In this document: positions 1 through 14,069 of the stretch, in pieces
How the letters are laid out: the number at the start of each line of letters is the position of its first letter
Position numbering within the stretch: position 1 is the first letter of the stretch
Source: Eledone cirrhosa
Lineage: Eukaryota
DNA: 64,000 bases
Direction: 5' to 3'
Assembly (NCBI GenBank): GCA_964016885.1
Contig: OZ024742.1
Span: forward strand, 254,076,001-254,140,000
Program-made: the position numbers and the translations under genes
The notes under the pieces: generated by a model
The model's input: only the letters and a program-made list of their open reading frames with translations
Database searches by the model: none
Told to the model about the DNA's origin: nothing

Positions 1-40
1 ACACAGACAGACACACACACACACAGATATATATATATAT

Positions 41-757
<717 letters not shown>

Positions 758-758
758 G

Positions 759-854
759 CTTCTACAGGACTAGAGCTGTTTCATTCGTATGAAATCATCT
801 GGAATGTAAACACCACTCTTGATGATTGAATGAAACAGTTCTAGTCCTGTAGAA
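759..854. repeat. Short inverted repeat with degenerate hammerhead-like cores (Penelope-like terminal remnant)
   Basis: Arms TTCTACAGGACTAGAGCTGTTTCATTC / GAATGAAACAGTTCTAGTCCTGTAGAA, with xxGATGA...GAAAC on both strands. A related copy lies at ~19200-19285. Confidence 0.5.
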
Positions 855-873
855 ACCATTTCTATATTAAATG

Positions 874-3438
874 TTCAAGAAATGAGGAAGGAGTGAGACT
901 TCTTGAATTTTGTGATGCGGGTACATTGACTATTTGCAACACAAACTTCCAGAAACCTGCCAATCACCTAATAACCTACAAATCTCGTGAGCACATAAGC
1001 CAGATTGACTTCCTGCTAGTTAGGCAGCGGGACAGGCAGATAGTGCCTAATACCAAGGCATACCCTGGGGAAGAATGTACCCCACAGCATAGGTTAGTTG
1101 TTAGAGATATCTCAGTAAGCAAGAGATGGAATGAGACATATAGGAAGGTGTAGAGAAGAAAGGTCTGGATGCTAAAAGACCTTTCACTAAAATACAAATT
1201 TAGGAAAGCCCTTCAAGATGTATATGACGAAAAAGAAGACGATTTAGAGACGTATGACATAGATAATAACTGGAATTTCTTACGTGATAACTTGCTGCAG
1301 GCTACTGATGAAACCTGTGGCTGGAGCAGAGCTCCAACCAGACAGAGAGTGACCTGGTGGTGGAACAGCACAGTAGATAAGGCTATTCGAGACAAAAGAC
1401 TAGCATGGAAGGCTTGGAAAAAGGGTGGGAGTAGGGAAGAATATACAGCCACTAAGAGAGAAGCTAGATGTCAGGTGTACTTAGCACGCAGGGAGGCAGA
1501 GAGTAGGAGGTTTGCTAATGTTCTGCGACGGGAAGATCAGAGGCGTGCGGTGTTCCACATTGCAAGGCAGTGTGTCAATGCAAATCAGGATGTTGTTGGA
1601 GATAAATGTGTCCGGGATGATGCCGGTGTACTTAGTCTCACGAATGATCAGAAAAAGGAGGCCTGGAAATGTCATTATGAGAGACTGATGAATGTGGAGA
1701 ACGAATGGGAGAGAGAGAAATTACCCTTGGTGGATCCGACAGAGGGACCAGCTATTGAGATTGACGAATATAGGGTCCAAGAGGCAATTAGGGAAATGAA
1801 AAATGGTAAGGCTGCCGGACCATCGGGAATAGTTGCTGAGATGCTGAAGGCATCAGGGGACGTAGGCACTAAATTGGTTGCACGCATCATCAATCAGACT
1901 ATATATGGTGGTGTCATACCCAAAGACTGGTGCAGCAGTATTCTCATAAATTGCTACAAAGGTAAAGGGGATGCTTTGGAGAGGAGCAATTATAGGGGTA
2001 TAAAACTGATAGATCAGGTTATGAAAGTGGCAGAAAGGATTTTAGCACAACTAATTAGAGAAAGGGTCAAACTAGATGAGATGCAGTTTGGTTTTGTGCC
2101 TGGGAAGAGTACAACAGATGCCCTCTTCTTAGTAAGACAATTGCAAGAGAGGTTCTTAGAGAAGAATAAGCCACTATACTTGGCCTTTGTTGACCTAGAG
2201 AAGGCCTTTGATAGGGTACCCTGATCTGTCATCTGGTGGTCCCTAAGGAAGCTAGGTGTTGAGGAATGGCTTGTGAGGACAGTGCAAACTTTGTACAGAG
2301 GTACTCTCAGTAAAGTCAGGGTAGGAATGGAATTTAGTGAGGAATTCCAGATACAAGTAGGAGTACATCAGGGTTCGGTCCTCAACCCGCTCTTGTTCAT
2401 AATAGTCCTCCAAGCCATAAGAGAGGAGTTTCAGACTGGCTGTCCATGGTAACTTTTTTATGCTAATGATCTGGTTCTTATAGCAGCATCAGTAGAGGAG
2501 CTAGAGAATAAATTCTGGCTATGGAAACAGCAGTTGGAAGCAAGAGGACTGAGAGCGAATCTAGCTAAGACAAAAGTGTTGATGAGTAGAAAAGAGGACA
2601 AAACCCTGATTCCGTCAGGGAAATGGCCATGTTCGATATGCAGGAAAGGAACTGGTATAAATTCTATAAAATGCACACAATGCAGATCCTGGGTACACAA
2701 GAGATGTAGCGGGATAGCAGGCAAACTAACAGGTAGGGAGAAATATGTATGCAGTAGATGTACAGGGAAATTAGACAGTAGAAGTCGAACTGATAGACAC
2801 ATCTTTCAAATGCAAGAGGGCACTATAGAAGGGGTGGATAGCTTCCGGTACCTAGGAGATCAGATTAGCATGGGAGGAGGGTGTTCCGAGGCCATAGAAT
2901 CTAGAATAAGGACGGGTTGGAAGAAGTTTAGGGAGCTGCTTCCTCTGTTGACGAAGAAGGGTTTCTCCCTGTGTACGAAAGGCCAGTTGTATGATGCCTG
3001 TGTGAGGAACGCGATGCTGCATGGTAGTGAGACATGGGCAGCAACTGCAGAGGATATGCGACGGCTGGAGAGAAATGAGGCAAGCATGCTCCGTTGGATG
3101 TGCAGTGTAAATGTGCGTGAACGACCCAGCATAAATGTGTTGAGAGAGAAACTGTGTCTGAGAGGGATAGAATGTAGTGTACGGGAGAGGAGACTGAGGT
3201 GGTATGGACATGTGATGCGCATGGAGGATGACCGATGGGTGAAGAAGTACCAGGAATTGCCAGTTGAAGGAAGACGTGGTAGAGGTAGACCACGAAAAAT
3301 ATGGGCGGAGGTGGTGAGAACAGACCTCAGATCATTGAAGATGACGAGGGACCGTGACGAGTGGAGAGATGCTGTGTTGAATAAGACCCGTCCCACCCTT
3401 GCAAGCAGGGAAAAGCGGACGTAAAATGATGATGATGA

Positions 3439-3442
<4 letters not shown>
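874..3442 (+). mobile_element. RTE-clade LINE, family A, 5'-truncated pseudogene (APE C-terminus, RT, PHD-like finger)
   Basis: ORF pieces 893-1153, 1169-2224 and 2534-3424 contain SQIDFLL, NYRGIKL, QFGFVPGKST, FVDLEKAFDRVP and FRYLG. In-frame stops at 1151, 2222 and ~2450; YADD reads YAND; (GAT)n tail. Confidence 0.93.
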
Positions 3443-3525
<83 letters not shown>

Positions 3526-3540
3526 CATACATATATATAG

Positions 3541-3593
<53 letters not shown>

Positions 3594-3594
<1 letters not shown>

Positions 3595-3963
3595 AGGAGA
3601 AGGAAAACTCTGATATAACACCTGCAACCCTGATGGTATCCAATGATGTTGACTTGTTCTTCTTTTTGGTAAATATCATCTTGGTTAAGAGAGTGGGACT
3701 GGCTTTGTGCAGTGCCTTGCTCACTATAAAAGCTTCACGGCACAGGCATTGCTTTGTATCTGGAGATCTCTCTGCACTTGTCGTCACATGGTACCAAGGG
3801 TAAAGCACCATGTGTCAATAATTGTCACAAGTGTAGTGTTTGTACCAGAGTTTTCAAGTCGCTGGCTGGACTAAAAAGTCACACTCGTTCAGCGCATCGG
3901 TAGGGGTTCTCCTACATGGATATAAAGTAGTGGCCGTACTCGAAAACGAGTTGGCAGCCACCA
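3594..3963 (+). mobile_element. Dispersed repeat, probable RTE 5'UTR-derived fragment (second copy at 14259-14628)
   Basis: Near-identical to 14259-14628. Begins with GGAGAAGGAAAACTCTGA, a motif I associate with RTE 5'UTRs. Confidence 0.55.
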
Positions 3964-4745
<782 letters not shown>

Positions 4746-4786
4746 TAATAAATAAATAACAAAGAACGCTTATAGCATATGCATAT

Positions 4787-4844
4787 CTTTACTTGCTAAC
4801 ATTGTTTCATCCGCACTATAAGTGGGACTCATCAGAGCATAAAG
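4787..4844 (-). ncRNA. Hammerhead ribozyme (type I, minimal stem III) in the 3' pseudo-LTR
   Basis: Minus strand: ctttatgct-CTGATGA-gtcc(cacttatagtgc)ggat-GAAA-caatgt-T-agcaagtaaag. Stems I and II pair; the core is intact. Confidence 0.85.
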
Positions 4845-5411
4845 GTTAATTACATACCATACAAGCAATAACAAATCCAAGACATTGAAGAATAAAAGGT
4901 AATAATAGACGATAGAGGATAAGAATAAAAATAAAAATAAAAGTAAAAATAAAAATAAAAATAAAAATAAGGGGTGCTATCAGTCACAGTTGGGCGGGGT
5001 GCTGTCAACATATAGTTACATACAAGCATACACATGGATAAGAGTACAGACAAGAGTAGACACATGGATAAGAGAACAGACAAGAGTAGATAAGATAATG
5101 GGATTAGGTAAGAGTAGGTAAAAAATAGGTAAAAAATAGGTGAAAAACAGACTTATAATATATATAAAAGAAATACAAAGAAATACATAACAAACTTACA
5201 TATAAAATATAAAATATAGGGTAAGGAATGAGATAAAATAATATAAAATTAAAAATTAAAAATTATATACATAGAACATAATATAGTATAATCATAAAAT
5301 AAGATAAAATAAGGTAAACTAAAATCAAATAACATAGACTAAATTAAAATAATATAATATAAGATATAATTAAATGTATAATTAAATGTAATTAAATGTA
5401 ATTAAATAAAA

Positions 5412-5442
<31 letters not shown>

Positions 5443-5535
5443 AAATTAAATAAATAAATAAAATTAAAATTTAAATTTTAAAATTTTAAAATTTTAAAAT
5501 TAAAATTAAAATTTAAATTTAAATAAATAAATGAA

Positions 5536-5570
<35 letters not shown>

Positions 5571-6170
5571 ATGGAGTCAAGTAAGTAAATAAATAAAATT
5601 AGATAACATGAAATGAAATAAAATGAAATAAAGTAAATTGAGATAAGATATATATTTTTTTAGAATATATCTCTTGAATATATCAGGGGCCCACGAAGGC
5701 ACTAAATGTCACAGTTATGTGTATCACTTGACCAATTTTTTAAAATATATTTCATGAAAACATCAGGGGCCCACGAAGGCACTAAGTGTCACAGTCACCA
5801 GTATCACTTGACGATTGCAAGGCAATGGAGGCGTCCCAGGTTGGGCAGTCTCGAAAGTTCACTCGAAAGTCATGGGTGTGCATTCACACAGTTGAGCGGT
5901 GGGGTAATGACAAACCGGTTCACACACGGGCAGGAGTCAATTGGTCAGAGAGGTGCATCAAAGGAGGTAGAAGAATTCACATGCATTAGCAAGCGAGGTG
6001 AGGTTAAAGCAAGCAGACACAGTTGTAGCGCATACAAAATATATATAAAAAGACAGAAGATATATAAAAAGCCATTAAGTCACCGCATTGGGACATCACA
6101 AGATTGTACACATCAATATGTTCAGCACGTATATGCACGTATACACACCACATGCATATGCAGAGACGGT

Positions 6171-6221
<51 letters not shown>

Positions 6222-7080
6222 TATACACAGACACATATAACCACCTACACCCATACACATATAAATGTATACACGGACACACACGCACACACACACAGCG
6301 TAGGACACCCGGGTCAAAGCCGATATTAAATACGATATTAAATACGATATTAAACACCGAAATACCACATTAGACCAGACCCACCACCACAGGTAATATA
6401 TTCAAAACAAATACATACGATGAGATGTATTAAAATAAAGTTGAAATCCTACGGAGATATTCATGTCTGCACGTGCCATTGACCGATTCGAGTGTACACA
6501 GACCGTTAGTAACTACGGAGGGCCATCGGGGCCAAAACGTTACTTTCGGGATCATAAAAACGACCGTCAATATATGGAAGGCCGATCGTGCTAGAAAGAC
6601 TAAAACCCCGGGTAAGAGCTCCCAGAGGTCAGCCTGTAGATCTTGAACCACAGAATATGAGGGCAACACGTATATGCGCCACGTATCCACTGCTTACGGC
6701 AGGATGGCACGGGTCCGCCCACAGTTACAGGCTAAATTTCTACTAGTGCAGCCTAAATCACAGTACACGCTTTACATAAATACATTACATCACAACTCAT
6801 GCGCATACAGAGGTACAGATCAACAAGATATACGTCAGGATAGGTCCACCAATGCACTAATGGTGGGTAGGCCAGCGTGGATGGGTTACATCCATTGTAC
6901 CAAAAAGGGGTGCTTATTAACATACACTCCCCTGCACACCCCAATATCAAGATCAATATCCTCCCACAGGCATAGTATACATTCACAGACTCGTATACAT
7001 AGACGACCAACATTAGGAGACAGTTACACTCAGTCAGAGACAGTTACACAAGACAGCCCAACTGGAGGAATAAGGACGTG

Positions 7081-9572
7081 CTAGCTAACAGGTTTAAAGT
7101 AGAAGAAAGAGCTTAATATTCGGTGGGGGCAGGAGGAAAAAATTTCAGACTTTCTATTTAGTAGAGGGCATTTAGCAAATATAATAGAGTGGGATTCGGC
7201 AAGGCACAGGTTTCATACTCTACTATGAGGAGTATATGGATGGGATTTAGCAACCTGCCGCCAAGTAAGTGTGTAAGGTGTTCGTGCATTTTTTAAATTA
7301 TGGACGTACGCTGCCAAGGAGGTGGAGTTCTTCAGTTTATTATGTCTAAAAGTGCATTGATGAGAGTTAAACCTGGTCTTAAAGGGGGTGGAAGTTGATC
7401 CTATATAGGTCATAGTGGACGCCGTAGTTACCACATCACACGCATAAACTATGTTTCTAACAAGGCAGAAACCATTCAGGGGGCAGCCTGAAGCCCTTCT
7501 ACAGTTACAACCTCTGGTGATGCTATTCTCAGAAAGATTACCACCAGTGTTACTGCCCACTCTATCCACTACCGTGTTTTCCCCTAGGCTTAGGTTGTCC
7601 AGGCCTTCCTTTATTTTCTTATTATTCGTAATGGCCAGATGAGAGGCCAGATTTTGGGTTGTAGAATACGAAAGTTTAACAACATTCTTATTGAGGATAG
7701 AGTGGTACCTATTACCAGGAGGGAAGTTCCGTTCTAGCACAGAGAAGAAGGCCCTAGGAATATTTGTAGCCACTTCAGAATTAAAAGGGGGGTTGAAGTA
7801 TGTATTCAATCTTCTTCTATTCTTTTTATTCTTTCTATTTCCATCAGTATTATTAGCATTATTATTTCTACGGTTCCTATGCTCACCTAGTCTATGCGGG
7901 GAGCTGCGAGGCTCACCATTGCTATTACTTAGACTAATGGTGCCCTGCTGGTTCATTCCACCGGCAACTAGAAACCTCCCGTTCACGACACCTCTATTGT
8001 TATTACTTAGACTAATGGTGCCCTGCTGTTTCATTCCACCGGCATTTAGAACCCTCCCATTCGCGACACCTCGATTACCAATGGACATATTATGTGTTAT
8101 AACAACACTGGTAGAGCTACTATTAGGACCATTATTTCCCTGGGTGTAATACAATTTGTCCCTAAAGCCGGATCTAGCTAAGGCGTCGTTATAGTAATCA
8201 GCCTGCGAGTCAAACGCCTCCTCACTATGTGAGAGTGAACTTATTCTGTTAGATACGCCCTTCAGTATACCGCTGATGACAGACCTAGGGTGGTTGGAGT
8301 TGGTATTCACGTAAGTCAGCAATTCATTGGGCTTATGGTACGGTGTGTACGTATGGTTATCCAAGTCCAGTGTAACATCTAGGAAGTTCACAGTTCTATC
8401 ATTTACATCCATTGTAATGGATAGGTTAAAAGTTTTAAAAAAGCTATGCAGCTTTTCCCTAATGCGCTCTATATTATACTTACTAGTATCTATGGAGAGT
8501 AGGGCGTCATCTCGGTACAACCCACCCCTAAGGAAAGGGAAGTTACTATGCAGTTCATTGAGGAGGTATAGTCCAACTAAGTCGGTGACCTGAGCAGAGT
8601 CACTCGACCCCATAGTGATGTCAAAATTATCAGGTGTGTTTTTTCTCGTCCATAGATTATCCTCAAACATGATAATGGTTTTACGTGCAGCGAGAACAAT
8701 ATCTATCTGTGGCCTAGTAATAGCCCCCCTCCGCATGGCTAGGATGAGGGCCTTATTGAGGATAATAGGAGATATAGATATATAATAAGCATCAATATCA
8801 AATTGGATGAATTTTAGTGAGTCACGACCACAATCAGTAGAGAACCATGTAATGACCTCACTAGTGTTACCCCAAAGCTCAAGGAAAGTTTTTTCTCTAA
8901 CCAGGGGAATAACGCTATCCAAGATTCCCTTACTAATAATGCCCAGGTCAGACTTGGAGGGGCAGATAAGCCTAACCGAGGGTCTGCTAATAAAATCTTC
9001 CTTGTGGTCCTTGAGGGTGAATCTAGGCTGCTTGGGGTAATAAGGCTGAGTGTGTTTATCCAGACCTAATTTTACCACTATGTTATACCCCTCCAGATTA
9101 ATATTATCTAAATTACTCTGCGTTGTTTTTTTGTAGTTCCTATGTAGTTCATTATAAATGAAGCCTCGATAGGTTTTATAATCCATACTATATAAGTTTT
9201 TAGTTTTGTCAGAGGGGACCAGAATGGATTTATTATCCCTAAAGTCCCTAACGATTGAACTTAGTTTACTCTGAAATTTATTGGTACATCTAGATTTTTT
9301 ATATCTAATATTCCTAACAAGGGATAATAGCTCACTTTCGAAGTTATCCAACAGGCTATTATGCAGGGGGCTCCTATAGGTCTTAAATCCATAATTATTA
9401 AAACTACGCCTCTCCTCAGGGCTATCATACCTCCTATCAAAGTGGAACGCACGCCACCGAACACGTTTTACGAATGAGTTTATGCTAGTTATCAATGATT
9501 TCTCATACGAGATTTTAGGGGGGGGGGGGGAATATTCTTCAAGGAAATGGGTAAGTATGTCTTTGTTAGCAT
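7081..9572 (-). CDS. Naiad RT / GIY-YIG endonuclease protein (~830 aa if the homopolymer is corrected and TGA 7213-7215 is read through)
   Basis: Motifs: SLKNIP N-terminus, KRVRWRAF, SDKTKN, QFDIDAYY, MGSSDSAQVTDLVG, YRDD, VNFLDVTL, FNPPF, CNCR..CPLNGFCL, IVY..YIGST, R/H, (C/*)NLC, LLNRKSE..CPHR. The ORF track gives 7213-9678; the copy at 12101-12337 supplies the intact C-terminus. Confidence 0.88.
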
Positions 9573-9776
9573 ACTGCCTGATAATATACAAGGACGCAAA
9601 TCCGCGTATATCAAAGTTTGAGCTCAACCAGTGGGAGCCGTATAGTATGCTAGGGAAAGGATCAGGGGTGTATAACACTCCACTTATCCAGCAGGCAGTA
9701 TGAGGTTAGCTCAATGTAAGGACAGAGCCGTAATATAATAAATAAATAACAAAGAACGCTTATAGCATATGCATAT

Positions 9777-9834
9777 CTTTACTTGCTAACATTGTTTCAT
9801 CCGCACTATAAGTGGGACTCATCAGAGCATAAAG
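9777..9834 (-). ncRNA. Hammerhead ribozyme, identical copy in the 5' pseudo-LTR
   Basis: Same sequence as 4787-4844, offset by 4990 nt; lies ~200 nt upstream of the predicted ATG. Confidence 0.85.
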
Positions 9835-10505
9835 GTTAATTACATACCATACAAGCAATAACAAATCCAAGACATTGAAGAATAAAAGGTAATAATAGAC
9901 GATAGAGGATAAGAATAAAAATAAAAATAAAAGTAAAAATAAAAATAAAAATAAAAATAAGGGGTGCTATCAGTCACAGTTGGGCGGGGTGCTGTCAACA
10001 TATAGTTACATACAAGCATACACATGGATAAGAGTACAGACAAGAGTAGACACATGGATAAGAGAACAGACAAGAGTAGATAAGATAATGGGATTAGGTA
10101 AGAGTAGGTAAAAAATAGGTAAAAAATAGGTGAAAAACAGACTTATAATATATATAAAAAGAAATACAAAGAAATACATAACAAACTTACATATAAAATA
10201 TAAAATATAGGGTAAGGAATGAGATAAAATAATATAAAATTAAAAATTAAAAATTATATACATAGAACATAATATAGTATAATCATAAAATAAGATAAAA
10301 TAAGGTAAACTAAAATCAAATAACATAGACTAAATTAAAATAATATAATATAAGATATAATTAAATGTATAATTAAATGTAATTAAATGTAATTAAATAA
10401 AATAAATAAATAAATAAATAAATAAATAAAAATTAAATAAATAAATAAAATTAAAATTTAAATTTTAAAATTTTAAAATTTTAAAATTAAAATTTAAATT
10501 TAAAT

Positions 10506-10545
<40 letters not shown>

Positions 10546-11145
10546 ATGGAGTCAAGTAAGTAAATAAATAAAATTAGATAACATGAAATGAAATAAAATG
10601 AAATAAAGTAAATTGAGATAAGATATATATTTTTTTAGAATATATCTCTTGAATATATCAGGGGCCCACGAAGGCACTAAATGTCACAGTTATGTGTATC
10701 ACTTGACCAATTTTTTAAAATATATTTCATGAAAACATCAGGGGCCCACGAAGGCACTAAGTGTCACAGTCACCAGTATCACTTGACGATTGCAAGGCAA
10801 TGGAGGCGTCCCAGGTTGGGCAGTCTCGAAAGTTCACTCGAAAGTCATGGGTGTGCATTCACACAGTTGAGCGGTGGGGTAATGACAAACCGGTTCACAC
10901 ACGGGCAGGAGTCAATTGGTCAGAGAGGTGCATCAAAGGAGGTAGAAGAATTCACATGCATTAGCAAGCGAGGTGAGGTTAAAGCAAGCAGACACAGTTG
11001 TAGCGCATACAAAATATATATAAAAAGACAGAAGATATATAAAAAGCCATTAAGTCACCGCATTGGGACATCACAAGATTGTACACATCAATATGTTCAG
11101 CACGTATATGCACGTATACACACCACATGCATATGCAGAGACGGT

Positions 11146-11240
<95 letters not shown>

Positions 11241-12382
11241 TATACACAGACACATATAACCACCTACACCCATACACATATAAATGTATACACGGACACA
11301 CACGCACACACACACAGCGTAGGACACCCGGGTCAAAGCCGATATTAAATACGATATTAAATACGATATTAAACACCGAAATACCACATTAGACCAGACC
11401 CACCACCACAGGTAATATATTCAAAACAAATACATACGATGAGATGTATTAAAATAAAGTTGAAATCCTACGGAGATATTCATGTCTGCACGTGCCATTG
11501 ACCGATTCGAGTGTACACAGACCGTTAGTAACTACGGAGGGCCATCGGGGCCAAAACGTTACTTTCGGGATCATAAAAACGACCGTCAATATATGGAAGG
11601 CCGATCGTGCTAGAAAGACTAAAACCCCGGGTAAGAGCTCCCAGAGGTCAGCCTGTAGATCTTGAACCACAGAATATGAGGGCAACACGTATATGCGCCA
11701 CGTATCCACTGCTTACGGCAGGATGGCACGGGTCCGCCCACAGTTACAGGCTAAATTTCTACTAGTGCAGCCTAAATCACAGTACACGCTTTACATAAAT
11801 ACATTACATCACAACTCATGCGCATACAGAGGTACAGATCAACAAGATATACGTCAGGATAGGTCCACCAATGCACTAATGGTGGGTAGGCCAGCGTGGA
11901 TGGGTTACATCCATTGTACCAAACAGGGGTGCTTATTAACATACACTCCCCTGCACACCCCAATATCAAGATCAATATCCTCCCACAGGCATACGTATAC
12001 ATTCACAGACTCGTATACATAGACGACCAACATTAGGAGACAGTTACACTCAGTCAGAGACAGTTACACAAGACAGCCCAACTGGAGGAATAAGGACGTG
12101 CTAGCTAACAGGTTTAAAGTAGAAGAAAGAGCTTAATATTCGGTGGGGGCAGGAGGAAAAAATTTCAGACTTTCTATTTAGTAGAGGGCATTTAGCAAAT
12201 ATAATAGAGTGGGATTCGGCAAGGCACAGGTTGCATACTCTACTATGAGGAGTATATGGATGGGATTTAGCAACCTGCCGCCAAGTAAGTGTGTAAGGTG
12301 TTCGTGAATTTTTTAAATTATGGACGTACGCTGCCAAGGAGGTGGAGTTCTTCAGTTTATTATGTCTAAAAGTGCATTGATG

Positions 12383-13205
<823 letters not shown>

Positions 13206-13948
13206 GTTTTCACTTTCTCTTAATTTCGAGTATATTATTTTGACCGGCCACCTTCCTGGTGGCAAGGTTGTAAAAGAAAAGAAATTGTCATCCCTTGAAT
13301 CGCAAGACTGTTTTGCAAATTTTGAAGGTGCCAGCTATCGCAGCCATTTGTAGACTATGAATTAGGGAGCTGCGCTTTTTGTCCGCAAATCCAAGTTCGG
13401 TCATACTTTGGTCCAAGCGGGTTGGTATATAACCCGTAGCACCAATAATGATGGGTATGAAGCTAAAGGTGTATCTTGGATACTGGATTTGTAAACTCCT
13501 CATCAATGGTCCGTAGATGTCCTCCTTCTCCTGTATTTTTCTGACAACGTTTACATCAAGTGGGCAGCTGATCTCCACAATAGAACACGTTTTCAATGTG
13601 TGGTCCCAAACTACAATATCAGGCCGGTTGTGCTTTAATTTGGTGGCAGTTTTTATTTTCAGGTTCCACCAGTATTCCTTAGTGCCATCTGTCTCAATAT
13701 ATTCTTCCTCGTTTGTTGTTAATTTTGTTTTCCGAAGTGCGTTCCAGATGGTTCTAGCTATCCCATCGTGTCTCATGGGGAGGTAGTAGCGAGATGACAT
13801 TCTTTCGCAGCTGGCAACAATGTGGCTTACATCCTCGATCTTGGTTTTACATAGCCTACATTTATTGTCAGCTGCAGGCCCTCCTCTTTTGTGCAGCAGA
13901 TATTTGGTAGGGAGTTCTTGTTCCTGTATTGCATAGAGATATCCCTCA
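13206..13948 (-). mobile_element. R4/Dong-like non-LTR retrotransposon 3' fragment (CCHC knuckle and restriction-like endonuclease)
   Basis: Open frame EGYLYAIQEQ..CRLC..HIVASC..RHD..NRPDIVVWD..IVEISCP..KEDIY..IPIIIGATG, stop at 13288. Flanked by (TATG)n. Confidence 0.88.
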
Positions 13949-14069
13949 ATGTATGTATGTATATATATATATGTATGTATGTATATATGTATGTATGTAT
14001 ATATGTATGTATATATGTATGTATATATGTATGTATGTGTGTATATATATATATGTATATATATGTGTA

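Noticed and set aside
5840-5880. AUGA-containing hairpin (ATGACTTTCGAGTGAACTTTCGAGA, minus) as a SECIS element
   Set aside because: Stem too short and no 3' GA of the non-Watson-Crick quartet in register; not supportable by eye.
5706-7084. ORFs of 171, 86 and 136 aa inside the Naiad pseudo-LTR as cargo genes
   Set aside because: No recognisable motifs; one runs into a microsatellite and another differs by a frameshift between the two copies. Duplication only reflects the repeat.
7451-9040. Antisense ORFs over the Naiad, RTE and Gypsy coding regions
   Set aside because: Shadow ORFs on the opposite strand of transposon genes with no independent evidence.
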